Source: Candidatus Atabeyarchaeum deiterrae
GTDB taxonomy: Archaea > Asgardarchaeota > Atabeyarchaeia > Atabeyarchaeales > Atabeyarchaeaceae
Reading direction: 5' to 3'
Assembly (NCBI GenBank): GCA_037310415.1
Contig: CP147780.1
Span: forward strand, 2,624,001-2,688,000
DNA: 64,000 bases
The translations under genes were made by a program, and so were the position numbers. Below the pieces are notes generated by a model that made no database searches, had not been told where the DNA came from, and was given only the letters and a program-made list of their open reading frames with translations. Positions 11,020-21,304 of the stretch are shown here, piece after piece. Numbering within the stretch: position 1 is the first letter of the stretch; the number at the start of each line of letters is the position of its first letter.

Positions 11020-11811
11020 CTATTCCTTCTGCTTGAATTCAACAATCCCCAGCTTCTGAGCAGAGTCAAGAACATCTTCAACAACGCTTCTCTCTGCTTT
11101 CAACATTGCTGCTATTTCGCTTACTGTCAGTATACCATTCGCATAATGCAGTACGTCTACTGCCGCAACACCGAAACGTTTGACCAACCTTCCTCTCTCC
11201 CTCTGGACATCTGTGAGAGATCTTTGCAGTTTCGGAATCATCTCTCCTGTCACTTTCATCGACTGCTGAGTTACTTTGGGTTTCTTCGGTTCTGGAATTG
11301 TCTCTTCCGTTCCCTTCACAGGTCGCGAAGGTGCTATGTGCTGCTTCGTGGGCCTAGGTTTCTCTAGTTTTGCAGTCGCCGCAGACATTACTTCGACGAG
11401 TGGCTCTTTCAGAATCTTAGCCGATGGGACAACGATCTCCTTGATCTTACAATCAATCTGCCGTTCGAGATCTCTCACATCAGAAGGGATCAATGGGTTA
11501 TATGGAGACGTGCGGGAGTCTGGAACCACTTCATTGTAAACTCGACTAATTTGTGGCAGAATCTCAGTCATGTTCTCATTTCCGTCAGCCGCAACGACAA
11601 AAATCACACTGGTGCTTTTCATGAACCATAGGCTCAAGTTCTTCAATTCAATTCTCAAGACTTCCTCACCGCAGACGCTTCTCGCAAAAGTGTCCATGGC
11701 TACGAAAAACCCCGAAATGAGATTCTCATCTGTTTGCTGGAATCTCTCGTCCGCAGCGTACCTGTACAGACATGGGCCTATGTCCATTAGAATCCAGACT
11801 GCTTTTATCAT
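11020..11811 (-). CDS. Longin-like N-terminal domain protein with Pro/Lys-rich linker and C-terminal winged HTH
   Basis: MIKAVWIL...GPCLY...DENLISGFFVAMDTFA...IFVVAAD pattern typical of longin folds; LTVSEIAAMLKAERSVVEDVL HTH. Confidence 0.6.
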   Translation of the reverse strand: MIKAVWILMDIGPCLYRYAADERFQQTDENLISGFFVAMDTFARSVCGEEVLRIELKNLSLWFMKSTSVIFVVAADGNENMTEILPQISRVYNEVVPDSRTSPYNPLIPSDVRDLERQIDCKIKEIVVPSAKILKEPLVEVMSAATAKLEKPRPTKQHIAPSRPVKGTEETIPEPKKPKVTQQSMKVTGEMIPKLQRSLTDVQRERGRLVKRFGVAAVDVLHYANGILTVSEIAAMLKAERSVVEDVLDSAQKLGIVEFKQKE

Positions 11812-12160
11812 TTTGAATTAGCACTCCAAGACAAACTGCTTCAATCGAGACGCACCACCCACCCCCGACGGTGCTACGAGTGCTTTCTGGTACGACGTCC
11901 AGTGATGAAGCTAACCTCTCTGCAAGATAATGTCTGCTAAGCTACTCTGACAAGGAAAGAGAAGTGGGTTTTGACTTATATCGTATTTGGCTAAAACAAC
12001 ACAATTATCGCTTCACATGAGGAAAATCGCAGAACTACTTTTGGTGACAGAGCCATAAAGAATGAGACACCGACCAAAAGAGAAAAATAGATGTCTTTCC
12101 AAAAAAGTAAAGAAGACCCACTCGATGGAAAAAGGACAATGCTCGAAGGAGGGCTCGGGG

Positions 12161-12580
12161 ATGAAGAGATTATACATCATACGCAAACTTGCTAGTCCCT
12201 TCTCATATCTGACTGTCGAGATCCCTACTGAAGTAGAAATCGGTGAACAGAGAATTGACCTGAAAAGAAGGATTGCAGCTATCGTCAAGGTCGCGGAAGG
12301 CGAAGACCCTGCAAAGGTAGTTCCCGAAGTGGTTCAGCTGGAGAACGTTCTGACCAAGTTGCTCAACGAGTTTGCAATGAAGGTCGAGAAATCGGAAATC
12401 GAGCTAGCCGAAGCTGAGTCACAACTCGACTATTACCTTGGAATAAAAAGGGCCATCGTGATCCTTAGAGGTATCTCTGACGAATCGCTCAGGCGATTCA
12501 ATGAAGAAGATTTGAGGGAATCCACAGCTGAGGATAGGAAGCGCTGGTTCAGAACCACAAAAAAGTTGGCCGGGAGCTAA
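12161..12580 (+). CDS. Hypothetical helical protein
   Basis: ORF with GGAGG RBS before ATG 12161; no motif recognised. Confidence 0.5.
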   Translation: MKRLYIIRKLASPFSYLTVEIPTEVEIGEQRIDLKRRIAAIVKVAEGEDPAKVVPEVVQLENVLTKLLNEFAMKVEKSEIELAEAESQLDYYLGIKRAIVILRGISDESLRRFNEEDLRESTAEDRKRWFRTTKKLAGS

Positions 12581-12683
12581 GCCAGCCGTGTCATTTCATT
12601 GTGGACAAAGTAGAATTGCGGAGAAACCATGTTGAAATGCGGAATTCGTCTAGTCTTTTTTCATCAGGGAGCCAAGCTTACTT

Positions 12684-13430
12684 TCATTTGTTTTCCTGTC
12701 TGAGTCGGTTAGGTAACACGAATCCAACGTATAGCAGTACCCCAGTGATGCCGCTAGAGATCCAACCCAGCATAACCCACAAGGTGTATCCCTCAGGTTC
12801 GAAGAAGATCTGCCAAGCCCGATCTAGAACGAAGAAGCAATACGCGAAAATGATGGCAAACGCTGCTAAGCGGATGATAGAGAATCCCCTTCGGGCCGTT
12901 GCATTGGTTGTTTTCCTTATCGAATTAGTAGTTGCTCCGATCAATGCAATATATAGCGCGAGTGCAAAGGACAAGTGAACTAGAAGAACTAGTAATAAGA
13001 GAACCTCAAAGATGCTGATGATACTACTCAGTGGGGCGACGATTGGTATTAGAACCGCCACTGCTGCTTCAACGACCGCAAAGATCTTGAACTTGACCCT
13101 GCCTGATTTGACTCCCGTAGCGAAGATCTCCAGCATGAACAGGTATAGGAAGATGTTGGCGATTGCTGACATCCCGAACGCGAGACCCCATCCCACGCTT
13201 GCTATGCCAAGAATAGGCTCAAGGAGCGCTGCACCGACTGTCTGCATGCACGATGTGATAGTCAGGAATAGTGAAACGAGTGTAATGTATTTGGCTGCGG
13301 GTAGCCTGCGATCTTTATACCGTGTATAAAGGTTGATCGTTAGAAGTGCCAGTACGGCTGCTATCGCAATCTGACTTGACTCAACGAACAGAATTCGACT
13401 ACCCAATGGCAGACCAGTTAGGTCCTCCAA
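12684..13430 (-). CDS. Multi-pass (about 7 TM) membrane protein
   Basis: About seven hydrophobic segments; GGAGGT RBS upstream of TTG. Confidence 0.65.
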   Translation of the reverse strand: MEDLTGLPLGSRILFVESSQIAIAAVLALLTINLYTRYKDRRLPAAKYITLVSLFLTITSCMQTVGAALLEPILGIASVGWGLAFGMSAIANIFLYLFMLEIFATGVKSGRVKFKIFAVVEAAVAVLIPIVAPLSSIISIFEVLLLLVLLVHLSFALALYIALIGATTNSIRKTTNATARRGFSIIRLAAFAIIFAYCFFVLDRAWQIFFEPEGYTLWVMLGWISSGITGVLLYVGFVLPNRLRQENK

Positions 13431-13749
13431 TGCAGTTTATTACCTCCATCTCATGTATAGTCAATGATGTAGCTAGTTGAGACTACAACTGGAATAATAT
13501 TGGTTGTGGTCTTAATGCGAAGATCGCAGAGGACTCTACTCAACGGCGAATAGATGATCCTTCTGGGATCATACGCGTCCATTACCTGCAATACTAAGTC
13601 AAACGCATAGACTCTTGAAGCACTCTTGCAGGCTGCCAGCTGAATTTCCCTCTGAGCATTCCCACCTTGGTCGAGAATAAATAAAAACAATTGTGGCAAC
13701 AAATAGAAACATCGCCCTGAGAAGAACGGAACAAATCTGTCCTACAGGC

Positions 13750-14817
13750 TCAGAGCCCTTCCTTCTTCATCTTCTCGCGCTTTCTAGAAGCTACTGCTAT
13801 ATCTTTTCCGAGCCTAGCGCGTTCGCTCTTTTTCATGCTCACGATCCGCAGTTCTCTTTGGAGCCTCTTATAGTTCTCGAAGTGTTCACTTGATAATGTG
13901 CCATCCGCAATCGCCGCTCTTATTGCGCAGCCTGGCTCTGTCTTGTGCTGACAGTCGTTAAACTTGCACTGCCCAGCAAGAGCCTCTATGTCCGCGAAGG
14001 TGCCAGCAATCACGTCTTGGCTCCCTGTTACCCCCATGCCTCTCATCCCAGGATTGTCGATGAGCATTCCTCCCTCCGGCAGGAGAACGAGTTCCCGGTG
14101 CTTGGTAGTGTGGCGCCCTTTCCCGTCGTATTCCCTGACATCATTGGTGTCGAATCGCTCCTCACCCAACAGGGAATTGATGATCGTTGATTTTCCAACT
14201 CCGGATATGCCCACCAATGAGCCAGTCTTTCCCTCGCTAAGGAATTTTCTCAATCCGTTCAGACCCGCTCCGCTCTTAGCGCTTAGTGCAATAACAGAAA
14301 TCTCCCTCGCTATCGCTTTAGCTTGATTCAGCACACTATCCATGTTCTTTGTGAGGTCGGTCTTGTTGAGAATAACTACTGGTTTGGAGCCAGATGCTGA
14401 GGCCTGTGCCAAGTAGCGCTCCAAACGGTTCGCATTGAACTCCTCGTCCAGGCCAATGACTATGAAGAGGTAGTCCACGTTTGCGCAGACAACCTGGTCG
14501 CCGGCGTAGTTTCCCTTGTTGTACGTGGCGCGCATGAACTTCGAGCGCCTTGGTAGGACAGCGCGTATCGTCATCAGCCCGATCTCCGAGTTTGCATCGA
14601 CTGCCACCCAGTCGCCCACTACTGGGAAGTCGCCACTCTCAGTGCATTCGTAGCGCAATCTGCCTGAGACTTTGCCCTTGAGTTCACCCTCCTCTGCGAC
14701 TGCTGTGTAGAAGCTACCCTCGCGTGACACGATCCTTGCGGGTTCGAGCCCAGCCTTCCGATATTCATGAAAGGCCTCCTCAAAGGAGGAGTCCCAGCCC
14801 AGCATTTTGAGGTCCAT
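13750..14817 (-). CDS. rsgA: Ribosome small subunit-dependent GTPase A (circularly permuted)
   Basis: VVGDWV, NKTD, GISGVGKST, GRHTT, DNPG, CKFNDCQHKTEPGC zinc finger. Confidence 0.92.
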   Translation of the reverse strand: MDLKMLGWDSSFEEAFHEYRKAGLEPARIVSREGSFYTAVAEEGELKGKVSGRLRYECTESGDFPVVGDWVAVDANSEIGLMTIRAVLPRRSKFMRATYNKGNYAGDQVVCANVDYLFIVIGLDEEFNANRLERYLAQASASGSKPVVILNKTDLTKNMDSVLNQAKAIAREISVIALSAKSGAGLNGLRKFLSEGKTGSLVGISGVGKSTIINSLLGEERFDTNDVREYDGKGRHTTKHRELVLLPEGGMLIDNPGMRGMGVTGSQDVIAGTFADIEALAGQCKFNDCQHKTEPGCAIRAAIADGTLSSEHFENYKRLQRELRIVSMKKSERARLGKDIAVASRKREKMKKEGL

Positions 14818-14990
14818 GCTGACAGAATAGCGTGACGGCACGATAATAGTTTTTTGATGCATACTCAATTCATGCTAATTCACTACACTAGATCATTCGC
14901 GCGCTTCTTCTGAGCAGAATCTTTTCGTTCAGTGGTCAAGCGCCCCCAAGGCGTTTAAGTATTGACGCAACTCAAGTATGAACGATCAAA

Positions 14991-15998
14991 ATGACTCGAT
15001 TCTCTAGTGAGGCTACTTCAGGATTCTATGATTTCGATATCGTGCCGTTGAGTGGAGCTCATCTTTCGGAAATATGGATTTTGTGGAAGGCCCAGTATAA
15101 AGAAGAACTATCGGCAGGTGGTAAGATACCAAACAGATGGGATTCATATCGAGAAGAAATCCAATCCCTTCTGCGAAAGCGAGTGAAATCAGACTATGCG
15201 ATGGTTGCCGAAACCCGAAATGAAATAGTCGGATACATGTTCTTTGACGTTTTTCCCTTTCATAATGAGCAAACCGCATTCTGCCCTATAATTGGCCATG
15301 CAACCAAGCAAGCCCATCGGAGGGAGATTTCCGAGAAACTCTATCAGAGTCTTTCGAAAAAACTCGTGACAGATGGAATCTTGAACCATACCATTACCTA
15401 TTTTGCTCATGATGAGGGCTTGAAAGAAACTGTTTTTGAACTAGGCTTTGGATTGATTGTTGTGGATGCCTTTCGAGGATTGAACACATTTTCCTCTAGC
15501 GTTTCAAGCATCAACATTATCCGGGCTGATTCCAGTCACATCGACGTAGTTGAGGCGCTCGGGGAAGAAGCCCGTGGCTATTATCTTGAAGCCCCATTAT
15601 TTCTAACTCGAAAGAAACAACCGCATGATTACTACCATAGACTATTCAGCGAAGATGCAGCAATCTTCCTAGCCTTTAGCAGGAATGAGCCTGTTGGCCT
15701 TATGCAAATACGAAAGAACAAGGAATTGGATCCTATGACGTTATCCGACACGAACACCGGCTTAATTGATCAGATGGGTGCCTACATCAAGCCAACATTT
15801 CGACGCCAAGGAATCGGAAGAGCCTTGTTGTTGAAATGCGTCCAATGGTGTCAGCATCGTGGTATCACTCGAATTCATGTAGATTTCGAATCCGCAAATC
15901 TGTCCGCCAGACCTTTCTGGCTTGAGTATTTCACGGCTGCCCTGCATTCCGCAAGAAGAACTGTATACCGAGACATACTTGGACCTCAACAAACCTAG
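14991..15998 (+). CDS. Tandem-domain GNAT N-acetyltransferase
   Basis: C-terminal YIKPTFRRQGIGRALL...VDFESAN..ARPFW. Confidence 0.75.
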   Translation: MTRFSSEATSGFYDFDIVPLSGAHLSEIWILWKAQYKEELSAGGKIPNRWDSYREEIQSLLRKRVKSDYAMVAETRNEIVGYMFFDVFPFHNEQTAFCPIIGHATKQAHRREISEKLYQSLSKKLVTDGILNHTITYFAHDEGLKETVFELGFGLIVVDAFRGLNTFSSSVSSINIIRADSSHIDVVEALGEEARGYYLEAPLFLTRKKQPHDYYHRLFSEDAAIFLAFSRNEPVGLMQIRKNKELDPMTLSDTNTGLIDQMGAYIKPTFRRQGIGRALLLKCVQWCQHRGITRIHVDFESANLSARPFWLEYFTAALHSARRTVYRDILGPQQT

Positions 15999-16061
15999 CA
16001 AGTCGAGCAATTCAACGTTCATTTCCCAAGAGAGGAAGACAGTTGCTGTTTCCAAATTGCC

Positions 16062-16604
16062 TCACAAGTGCAGGTCATACCTTTCCTCTGTGACCATCTT
16101 TCCCCACATTTCATGAGTTTTTTCTTCGGACTTGCTGAAGCCAGCGCTCGTGTAGAGATGTCGAGCTACCTTAAGTTCACTTGTCGTCCAGAGAAATATG
16201 TTCTTATACCTGCACTCCTTGCAGAACTGAAGCGCTTCTTTCATGAGTTCTTTCCCAAGGCCAATTCCGCGGCGGTTGGGATGCACAAGGAACCAGCGAA
16301 GTTGGGCATCTGTTCTTGAACGCCCCACAATAGCGATGGAACCGATAATCTGATCATCCGCTTCTGCTAGCCAAATCCGATCTTCATCTGGCTTCAACGA
16401 TTGAACGAATTCAGCAAGCCCACTAGCGACGTATGCCTCGAAAGTTTGGGTATATCCATATTCTTCTGCGTACAAGACCCCATGAAGATAGGTGAGATAT
16501 CCCAAATCCCCCGGCTTGAGATTATGCCGCAACTTCCATCTTGTCGGTGAATGGCTGGAACCACTATTCCCCAAGTTTTTGCTTGCGTATTGTTTGCCTT
16601 TCAT
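16062..16604 (-). CDS. GNAT N-acetyltransferase
   Basis: HGVLYAEEYGY, AQLRWFLVHPNRRGIGLG, ARHLY..AGF. Confidence 0.85.
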   Translation of the reverse strand: MKGKQYASKNLGNSGSSHSPTRWKLRHNLKPGDLGYLTYLHGVLYAEEYGYTQTFEAYVASGLAEFVQSLKPDEDRIWLAEADDQIIGSIAIVGRSRTDAQLRWFLVHPNRRGIGLGKELMKEALQFCKECRYKNIFLWTTSELKVARHLYTSAGFSKSEEKTHEMWGKMVTEERYDLHL

Positions 16605-16760
16605 CTGATCTCTCCTTCAGGGCGCGGATGCTCCTTGAATGATTGATCGCAAATCACGTATAAGCCTTAAGAAGGCATCAGTGAAAATGAGGCGAGAATG
16701 GGGCCTCACCACCTCCAAAAAAGAGAAAGACTAGATTTGATTGATTCCCACTTTGTACTT

Positions 16761-16882
16761 TCACATCTGGAAGCCTGTTTTGCCAGCACCCCATTTCGTC
16801 AAAGCAGTCTTAAGCTCCTCATGATCCTCAGCATAATCACTAACCTTAATCCCCTGCATCACAGCATCAATAGCCCACCTGA
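16761..16882 (-). repeat. RLP 3'-end copy 1 (outermost)
   Basis: Encodes AIDAVMQGIKVSDYAEDHEELKTALTKWGAGKTGFQM*, matching 39317-39438; A-rich tract to the left (U-rich on minus strand). Confidence 0.97.
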
Positions 16883-17016
16883 TGTTGCCTGTATGGATTT
16901 CGGCGCCTTGTGTCATCTGGCGAGTGCGCCTGCAGTGTGTTTCCCAAGAGGGATGGTCTTGGTTGACGCACAACGTTTAAGTAGCGGAAAGTTGGTGGGA
17001 TAATTGGTGGGATTAT

Positions 17017-17259
17017 ATGACCGACGAAGCTGTTATAGATGACAAAGGAAGGGTCGCCATTCCGAAACGGATACGGAACAAACTGGATCTGCGAGAAGGT
17101 ACTCGAGTAAAACTGGAACTCGAAGAGGGGAGAGTAGTAATAAGGAAACCCGTCGACCCAGCGGAATTCATCGACAAAATGGAAGGATTCATAAAAGAAG
17201 GTTCCCCCATTCAGAAAGCCGACCCCCTCAAACTCAAGGAGATATGGGAGAGACAATGA
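17017..17259 (+). CDS. vapB: AbrB/MazE-type antitoxin
   Basis: IDDKGRVAIPKRIR..L.L.EG motif; overlaps the PIN gene by ATGA. Confidence 0.88.
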   Translation: MTDEAVIDDKGRVAIPKRIRNKLDLREGTRVKLELEEGRVVIRKPVDPAEFIDKMEGFIKEGSPIQKADPLKLKEIWERQ

Positions 17260-17672
17260 TCTACGTAGATGCCAACTTCTGGATCTACTGGTTCGACCAG
17301 CGGCTACCAGAACATAAGCATGTTTTGAGACATATGAGGCAAGTTATCCAAGAAGGTGTCATTCTAAATGTCGTCACCCTCATGGAGGTAGCTCACTATT
17401 TCCGCAATTTAGCGGCAGAGGAATTTCGCGAGAAGCTTGACACGATTCAGAGCTTGACCACGTTGAAGGTCGTCAGCCTTGATCTGGATCTAGCTAAATC
17501 GGCATTCGACAAACTAGCGAAATATGCCAAGATTGGAGTCGGAAGCAGAGACAGTGTTATCATAGCGACGATGGAATCGGTGGGTACCAAGAGAATAGCC
17601 ACCCACGATAGGGTCTTTACAAGAATCAAAGGACTAGAAGTCATCGACCCGATTCCAGCCAACCTTGCATGA
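17256..17672 (+). CDS. vapC: PIN-domain toxin
   Basis: IYVDANFW, E, RDSVIIAT, ATHDRVF acidic PIN residues. Confidence 0.88.
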   Translation: MIYVDANFWIYWFDQRLPEHKHVLRHMRQVIQEGVILNVVTLMEVAHYFRNLAAEEFREKLDTIQSLTTLKVVSLDLDLAKSAFDKLAKYAKIGVGSRDSVIIATMESVGTKRIATHDRVFTRIKGLEVIDPIPANLA

Positions 17673-17730
17673 CTAACAAAAGCGAAATCCAAAAGAAGAT
17701 GTGGAGAGTTTATTGATTCTCATCAGGTTC

Positions 17731-17784
17731 TCACATCTGGAACCTGTCTTACCAGTACCCCACTTCGTCAAAGCGGTCTTAAGC
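17731..17784 (-). repeat. RLP 3'-end copy 2 (short, 1-nt deletion)
   Basis: tcacatctggaacctgtcttaccagtaccccacttcgtcaaagcggtcttaagc; encodes LKTALTKWGTGKTG. Confidence 0.95.
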
Positions 17785-17799
17785 ATTGTTCGCGCATGT

Positions 17800-18441
17800 C
17801 TATTTCCTGCGAAGCCGTGGAAGCAGTCGCCTGCTACGCTGCATGTAATCTCGGTACTCTTTCCCAAAGTGATCGAGCATCATTTTCTCCTCGCCATCGA
17901 TCCTCTTGTTGATTATCAGCAAGGTCAGTGCAGAAACGACTAGAATAAGCCAGTCAGCTGCTATCATTCCTGTCGCGAACATGAAAATCAATGACGCAGT
18001 GTACATTGGATGCCGGATTCGGTAATATGGCCCCCAGGTGACGAGTTTGTGTTTCGGTCTTATTTCTAGCTTGAATGTCCAGAACACTCCCAGAGTCCTG
18101 TGGGTCCAAACAAGCAGAACAAGTGATAGCACTGCTAGGATTACACCAATCACGATAACCCAAATTGGAGTCGGAAGCGGGATTGCACTCCATGCTCGCC
18201 ACGGTGGGTAGGCGATGTAGAGAAGCATTGGGATAGCCCAACCGATCGCCAGCATATCTTGGAGCACAGTGTCGCGTTTGCGCTCATATTTGCTACCACT
18301 CAATCTGAACCTCTTTTTCCTTAATTCAGGATCTATTTTCTTTACTTTGCGCTCGTAGTATGCTCTGATTCCTCCAAACGCGGACAAGAGAACCAGCATA
18401 GTCAATCTGAAAAACAGCTCTTCATCAACAGAAAAACACAT
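17800..18441 (-). CDS. Isoprenylcysteine carboxyl methyltransferase family membrane protein
   Basis: HKLVTWGPYYRIRHPMY, EEKMMLDHFGKEYRDY. Confidence 0.85.
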   Translation of the reverse strand: MCFSVDEELFFRLTMLVLLSAFGGIRAYYERKVKKIDPELRKKRFRLSGSKYERKRDTVLQDMLAIGWAIPMLLYIAYPPWRAWSAIPLPTPIWVIVIGVILAVLSLVLLVWTHRTLGVFWTFKLEIRPKHKLVTWGPYYRIRHPMYTASLIFMFATGMIAADWLILVVSALTLLIINKRIDGEEKMMLDHFGKEYRDYMQRSRRLLPRLRRK

Positions 18442-18614
18442 CTGTTCTACTAGCCTCCCACGATTTCACTCTTATGCCGTTGGTTCGAAAACTGTTCTCT
18501 AATCCTAACCGTTAGAGGCTTCGTTTTCTCTGAGCATAGTTAACCTTGTCATCAGACCAGCGACCTTATTCTTATATGTTTTTGCGGGAATATGGCGCTG
18601 GGAAGGCATGCGGA

Positions 18615-19349
18615 ATGAAACTATCATACACTGAGATTTTCAAGTATTCGGACATACTCAACCCAGTCTCTATAACCACATTACTCTTAGCAGGTAAGCT
18701 TGCCCAACTGGAACCCAAGAAGACAGTCCTTGACCTTGGAAGTGGAAAAGGTTTTCCTTCTCTATTGTGGGCGAGTGTATTTGGAGTTCGGGTTGAAGGA
18801 TTTGACTTGAACAGGAATTACGTCAAATACGCAAATTCACGTGCTAAGATGCTGAATCTTTCGAGTCGAGTCGAATATTCATATGGAGATGTCGGAGAAC
18901 TGAGGCTTAGCAGAAAATATGATGTGATAGCTTCTTTGGGGCTTGGAGTAGCGCAAGTATATGGAAGTAACGGTGATGCTTTGAGAGTGCTCAAAACTAT
19001 GCTGCATAAGGACGGTGTTTTGATCATGGCAGAACCTGTTTGGCTTACTAAACCTGTTTCGTCGAAAGTGCTGAAAGCTCTAGGCGAGGTTGAAGACAGC
19101 TTTGCTACCAAGCCTGAAATGTGGGAACTGTTGCAGAAATCTGAGTTTCAAGAGTTGGGAGATTTCGTTTCCTCTAAAGAAGACTGGGAAGTCTATGTTA
19201 GACCAACCTACTTTGCCATGCAAGAAATCGTCAAGAGTAAGAGCGACCTTGCAGAGGAAGCTGAAGGGGTCATAAATAGCTTCAGAGCTGAATATGATGC
19301 CGCCGGTCAACACTGGAACATGGTCCTTTGGGTTGTCAAATCTCGATAG
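18615..19349 (+). CDS. Class I SAM-dependent methyltransferase
   Basis: VLDLGSGKG motif I, YDVIASLG. Confidence 0.85.
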   Translation: MKLSYTEIFKYSDILNPVSITTLLLAGKLAQLEPKKTVLDLGSGKGFPSLLWASVFGVRVEGFDLNRNYVKYANSRAKMLNLSSRVEYSYGDVGELRLSRKYDVIASLGLGVAQVYGSNGDALRVLKTMLHKDGVLIMAEPVWLTKPVSSKVLKALGEVEDSFATKPEMWELLQKSEFQELGDFVSSKEDWEVYVRPTYFAMQEIVKSKSDLAEEAEGVINSFRAEYDAAGQHWNMVLWVVKSR

Positions 19350-19556
19350 GATCTCTTTGGATGCAAACGCGCGCTGGCAAGAAAAATCAGGAATCCAGCC
19401 TAAAGAGGGAGGGAGTCTTGGAGTCCCGCTCCACGCGTTCCCGAACCTACTTTGCTTCTACTTGCTTAGAGTCTACCCGAAAAGACTTAAATACAGTAAG
19501 CAATAGACAAGTCAACCACTCCTTGTATTTGATTCAGAGGCAAGGGAGGTACTCAA

Positions 19557-20180
19557 GTGAAAAGAAAAATGATCTGTGCTCTAGTGGTATTATCAGTGCT
19601 CTTAGCTTCCATGTCTACAATCACCAGCACAAGGGCGGCAGATTACAGCAAGGTCGGCGTGAAGCAAGGAGACTGGGCGGAATACGCAGTCTCTTCGACA
19701 GGACACACGTGGAACAAGGCGCGACTCGACATAACTGGCGTATCGGGAGCCCGAGCTAATCTCAGCCTCACAATATACTATCCAAACGGCACGATTGCCG
19801 GCACGGAAACCGGTTACGCAAACGTCACCAGTGGCAATGTTCCGTATTGGATGATTGCACCCAACCTCAACAAAGACGATCTCATTTATCCGGCCTCGTC
19901 CAACAAGATCAACGATACTGCTCAGATGATTGTTGCTGGAGCGACTAGGACAGTCAACCGTCTCGTATGGTCGAGCTATGGGAACCTTGCATGGGAATGG
20001 GATAGAACTACCGGGCTAACGATCAGATTCTACATTTCAGACGGTGGCTGGGACAACTACACTATGACAGCTACCAACATGTGGCTACCAGATTGGGTTT
20101 TACCTGTCGTGATCGGCGGTGCAGTGGGTGCAGTGGCACTGATCGCTGTGGCGGTCGTGATTATTAGGCGCAGACGCTGA
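19557..20180 (+). CDS. Secreted/surface protein with C-terminal TM anchor
   Basis: Signal peptide, VGVKQGDWAEY, C-terminal hydrophobic helix plus RRRR. Confidence 0.75.
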   Translation: MKRKMICALVVLSVLLASMSTITSTRAADYSKVGVKQGDWAEYAVSSTGHTWNKARLDITGVSGARANLSLTIYYPNGTIAGTETGYANVTSGNVPYWMIAPNLNKDDLIYPASSNKINDTAQMIVAGATRTVNRLVWSSYGNLAWEWDRTTGLTIRFYISDGGWDNYTMTATNMWLPDWVLPVVIGGAVGAVALIAVAVVIIRRRR

Positions 20181-20427
20181 TGAGTCGTTGCTTCTAGGCA
20201 AATTGCCAGCATCTCCCTTTTTTTATTGAAGTAGCACCCCATTGGAGAGACAGAACCACGTTAGAACGAGGGCACTAGAAAAGGATTCTATGACCAGACA
20301 AGCACCTAATTCAGGTACATGCAAAGGACAGAATACCTCCAGTCAGAGGCTTACCTCGATTGATGAAGTGACTCAATCCCAGTTCTAGGAACATGCGATA
20401 ACCATGAAGACCGTTAATTCGATCACG

Positions 20428-20805
20428 CTAATCTCCTATGAGCTCCACATCCTCGAGCCCTTTGAAGTGCTCATCGCCTGTCACGAGCCTCGCCTGTTCA
20501 CTTCTCGCTGTCGCATATATGATTGAATCCGCCATACCCAACCCGAGCTTCAGACTCACGTCGGCCGCGCTTATCGCCAGCTCCTCACTAAGAGGAACAA
20601 TCTTCGTTCTCGCCAGCTGCCCATACACTTCCAGTGCCATTTCCTCTCCCTTCTCTCGCCTCACTTTCTTGTAGACTTCGTAGACAATGATCGTCGGTGT
20701 TATCGTGTTCTCCTCACTTGCTTGCTCGACGTATTTCTCGTACTTGGCAGCGAGCTTACCAGCGGCAAAGTATTCAATCCACCCGTGGGAATCAAGCAGA
20801 ATCAA
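20428..20805 (-). CDS. vapC: PIN-domain toxin
   Basis: LLDSHGWIEYF, EVYK, ADSIIYATA, LVTGDEHF. Confidence 0.9.
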   Translation of the reverse strand: MILLDSHGWIEYFAAGKLAAKYEKYVEQASEENTITPTIIVYEVYKKVRREKGEEMALEVYGQLARTKIVPLSEELAISAADVSLKLGLGMADSIIYATARSEQARLVTGDEHFKGLEDVELIGD

Positions 20806-21011
20806 AATCTATCTCCCTCGTCCCTGATGTTTTCGGTTGATAGCCCCTTCAAGGAACCCTTCAGTTCTTTTGCTGGTCTTTGAGGGATGATGCTAATGAT
20901 ACCCTCTTTTTCTATGATAACCACTCTCTGCCCGGGCGTTATGTTTGCCCTTTTTCTCACCTGTTCTGGAATCACAACTTGGAATTTAGATGAAATCTTC
21001 ACGGTCGTCAT
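20802..21011 (-). CDS. vapB: AbrB/MazE-type antitoxin
   Basis: VKISSKFQVVIPEQVR; overlaps vapC. Confidence 0.88.
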   Translation of the reverse strand: MTTVKISSKFQVVIPEQVRKRANITPGQRVVIIEKEGIISIIPQRPAKELKGSLKGLSTENIRDEGDRF

Positions 21012-21188
21012 CGATACCCACCTAGTTCAACGAACGTTGCATCGATATATAAACTGTTCTATTAGCTTCTCAACGGTGCCAGGTTATTCGTCTCTTTGTG
21101 GAATCTGTTGAATATGGCAGTTACTTGAGGTCTTGCGAAGCTATAGACGAAAAGAAGGAAGTGAATTTCTGGTTTGGCTCATGTCAAC

Positions 21189-21304
21189 CCACATCTGGAA
21201 ACCTGTCTTACCAGCACCCCACTTAGTCAAAGCAGTCTTGAGCCCCTCATGCTCCTTAGCATACTCACTGACCTTAATCACCTGCATCACAGCATAAATA
21301 GGCC
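21189..21304 (-). repeat. RLP 3'-end copy 3
   Basis: acatctggaaacctgtcttaccagcaccccacttagtcaaagcagtcttgag...cctgcatcacagcat; stop codon mutated to TGG. Confidence 0.95.

Noticed and set aside
8503-16637. Weak similarity between cctgaagggcgtgggcttccttg (~8504) and ccttcagggcgcggatgctccttg (~16614)
   Set aside because: Only two short imperfect matches; cannot be distinguished from chance by eye.
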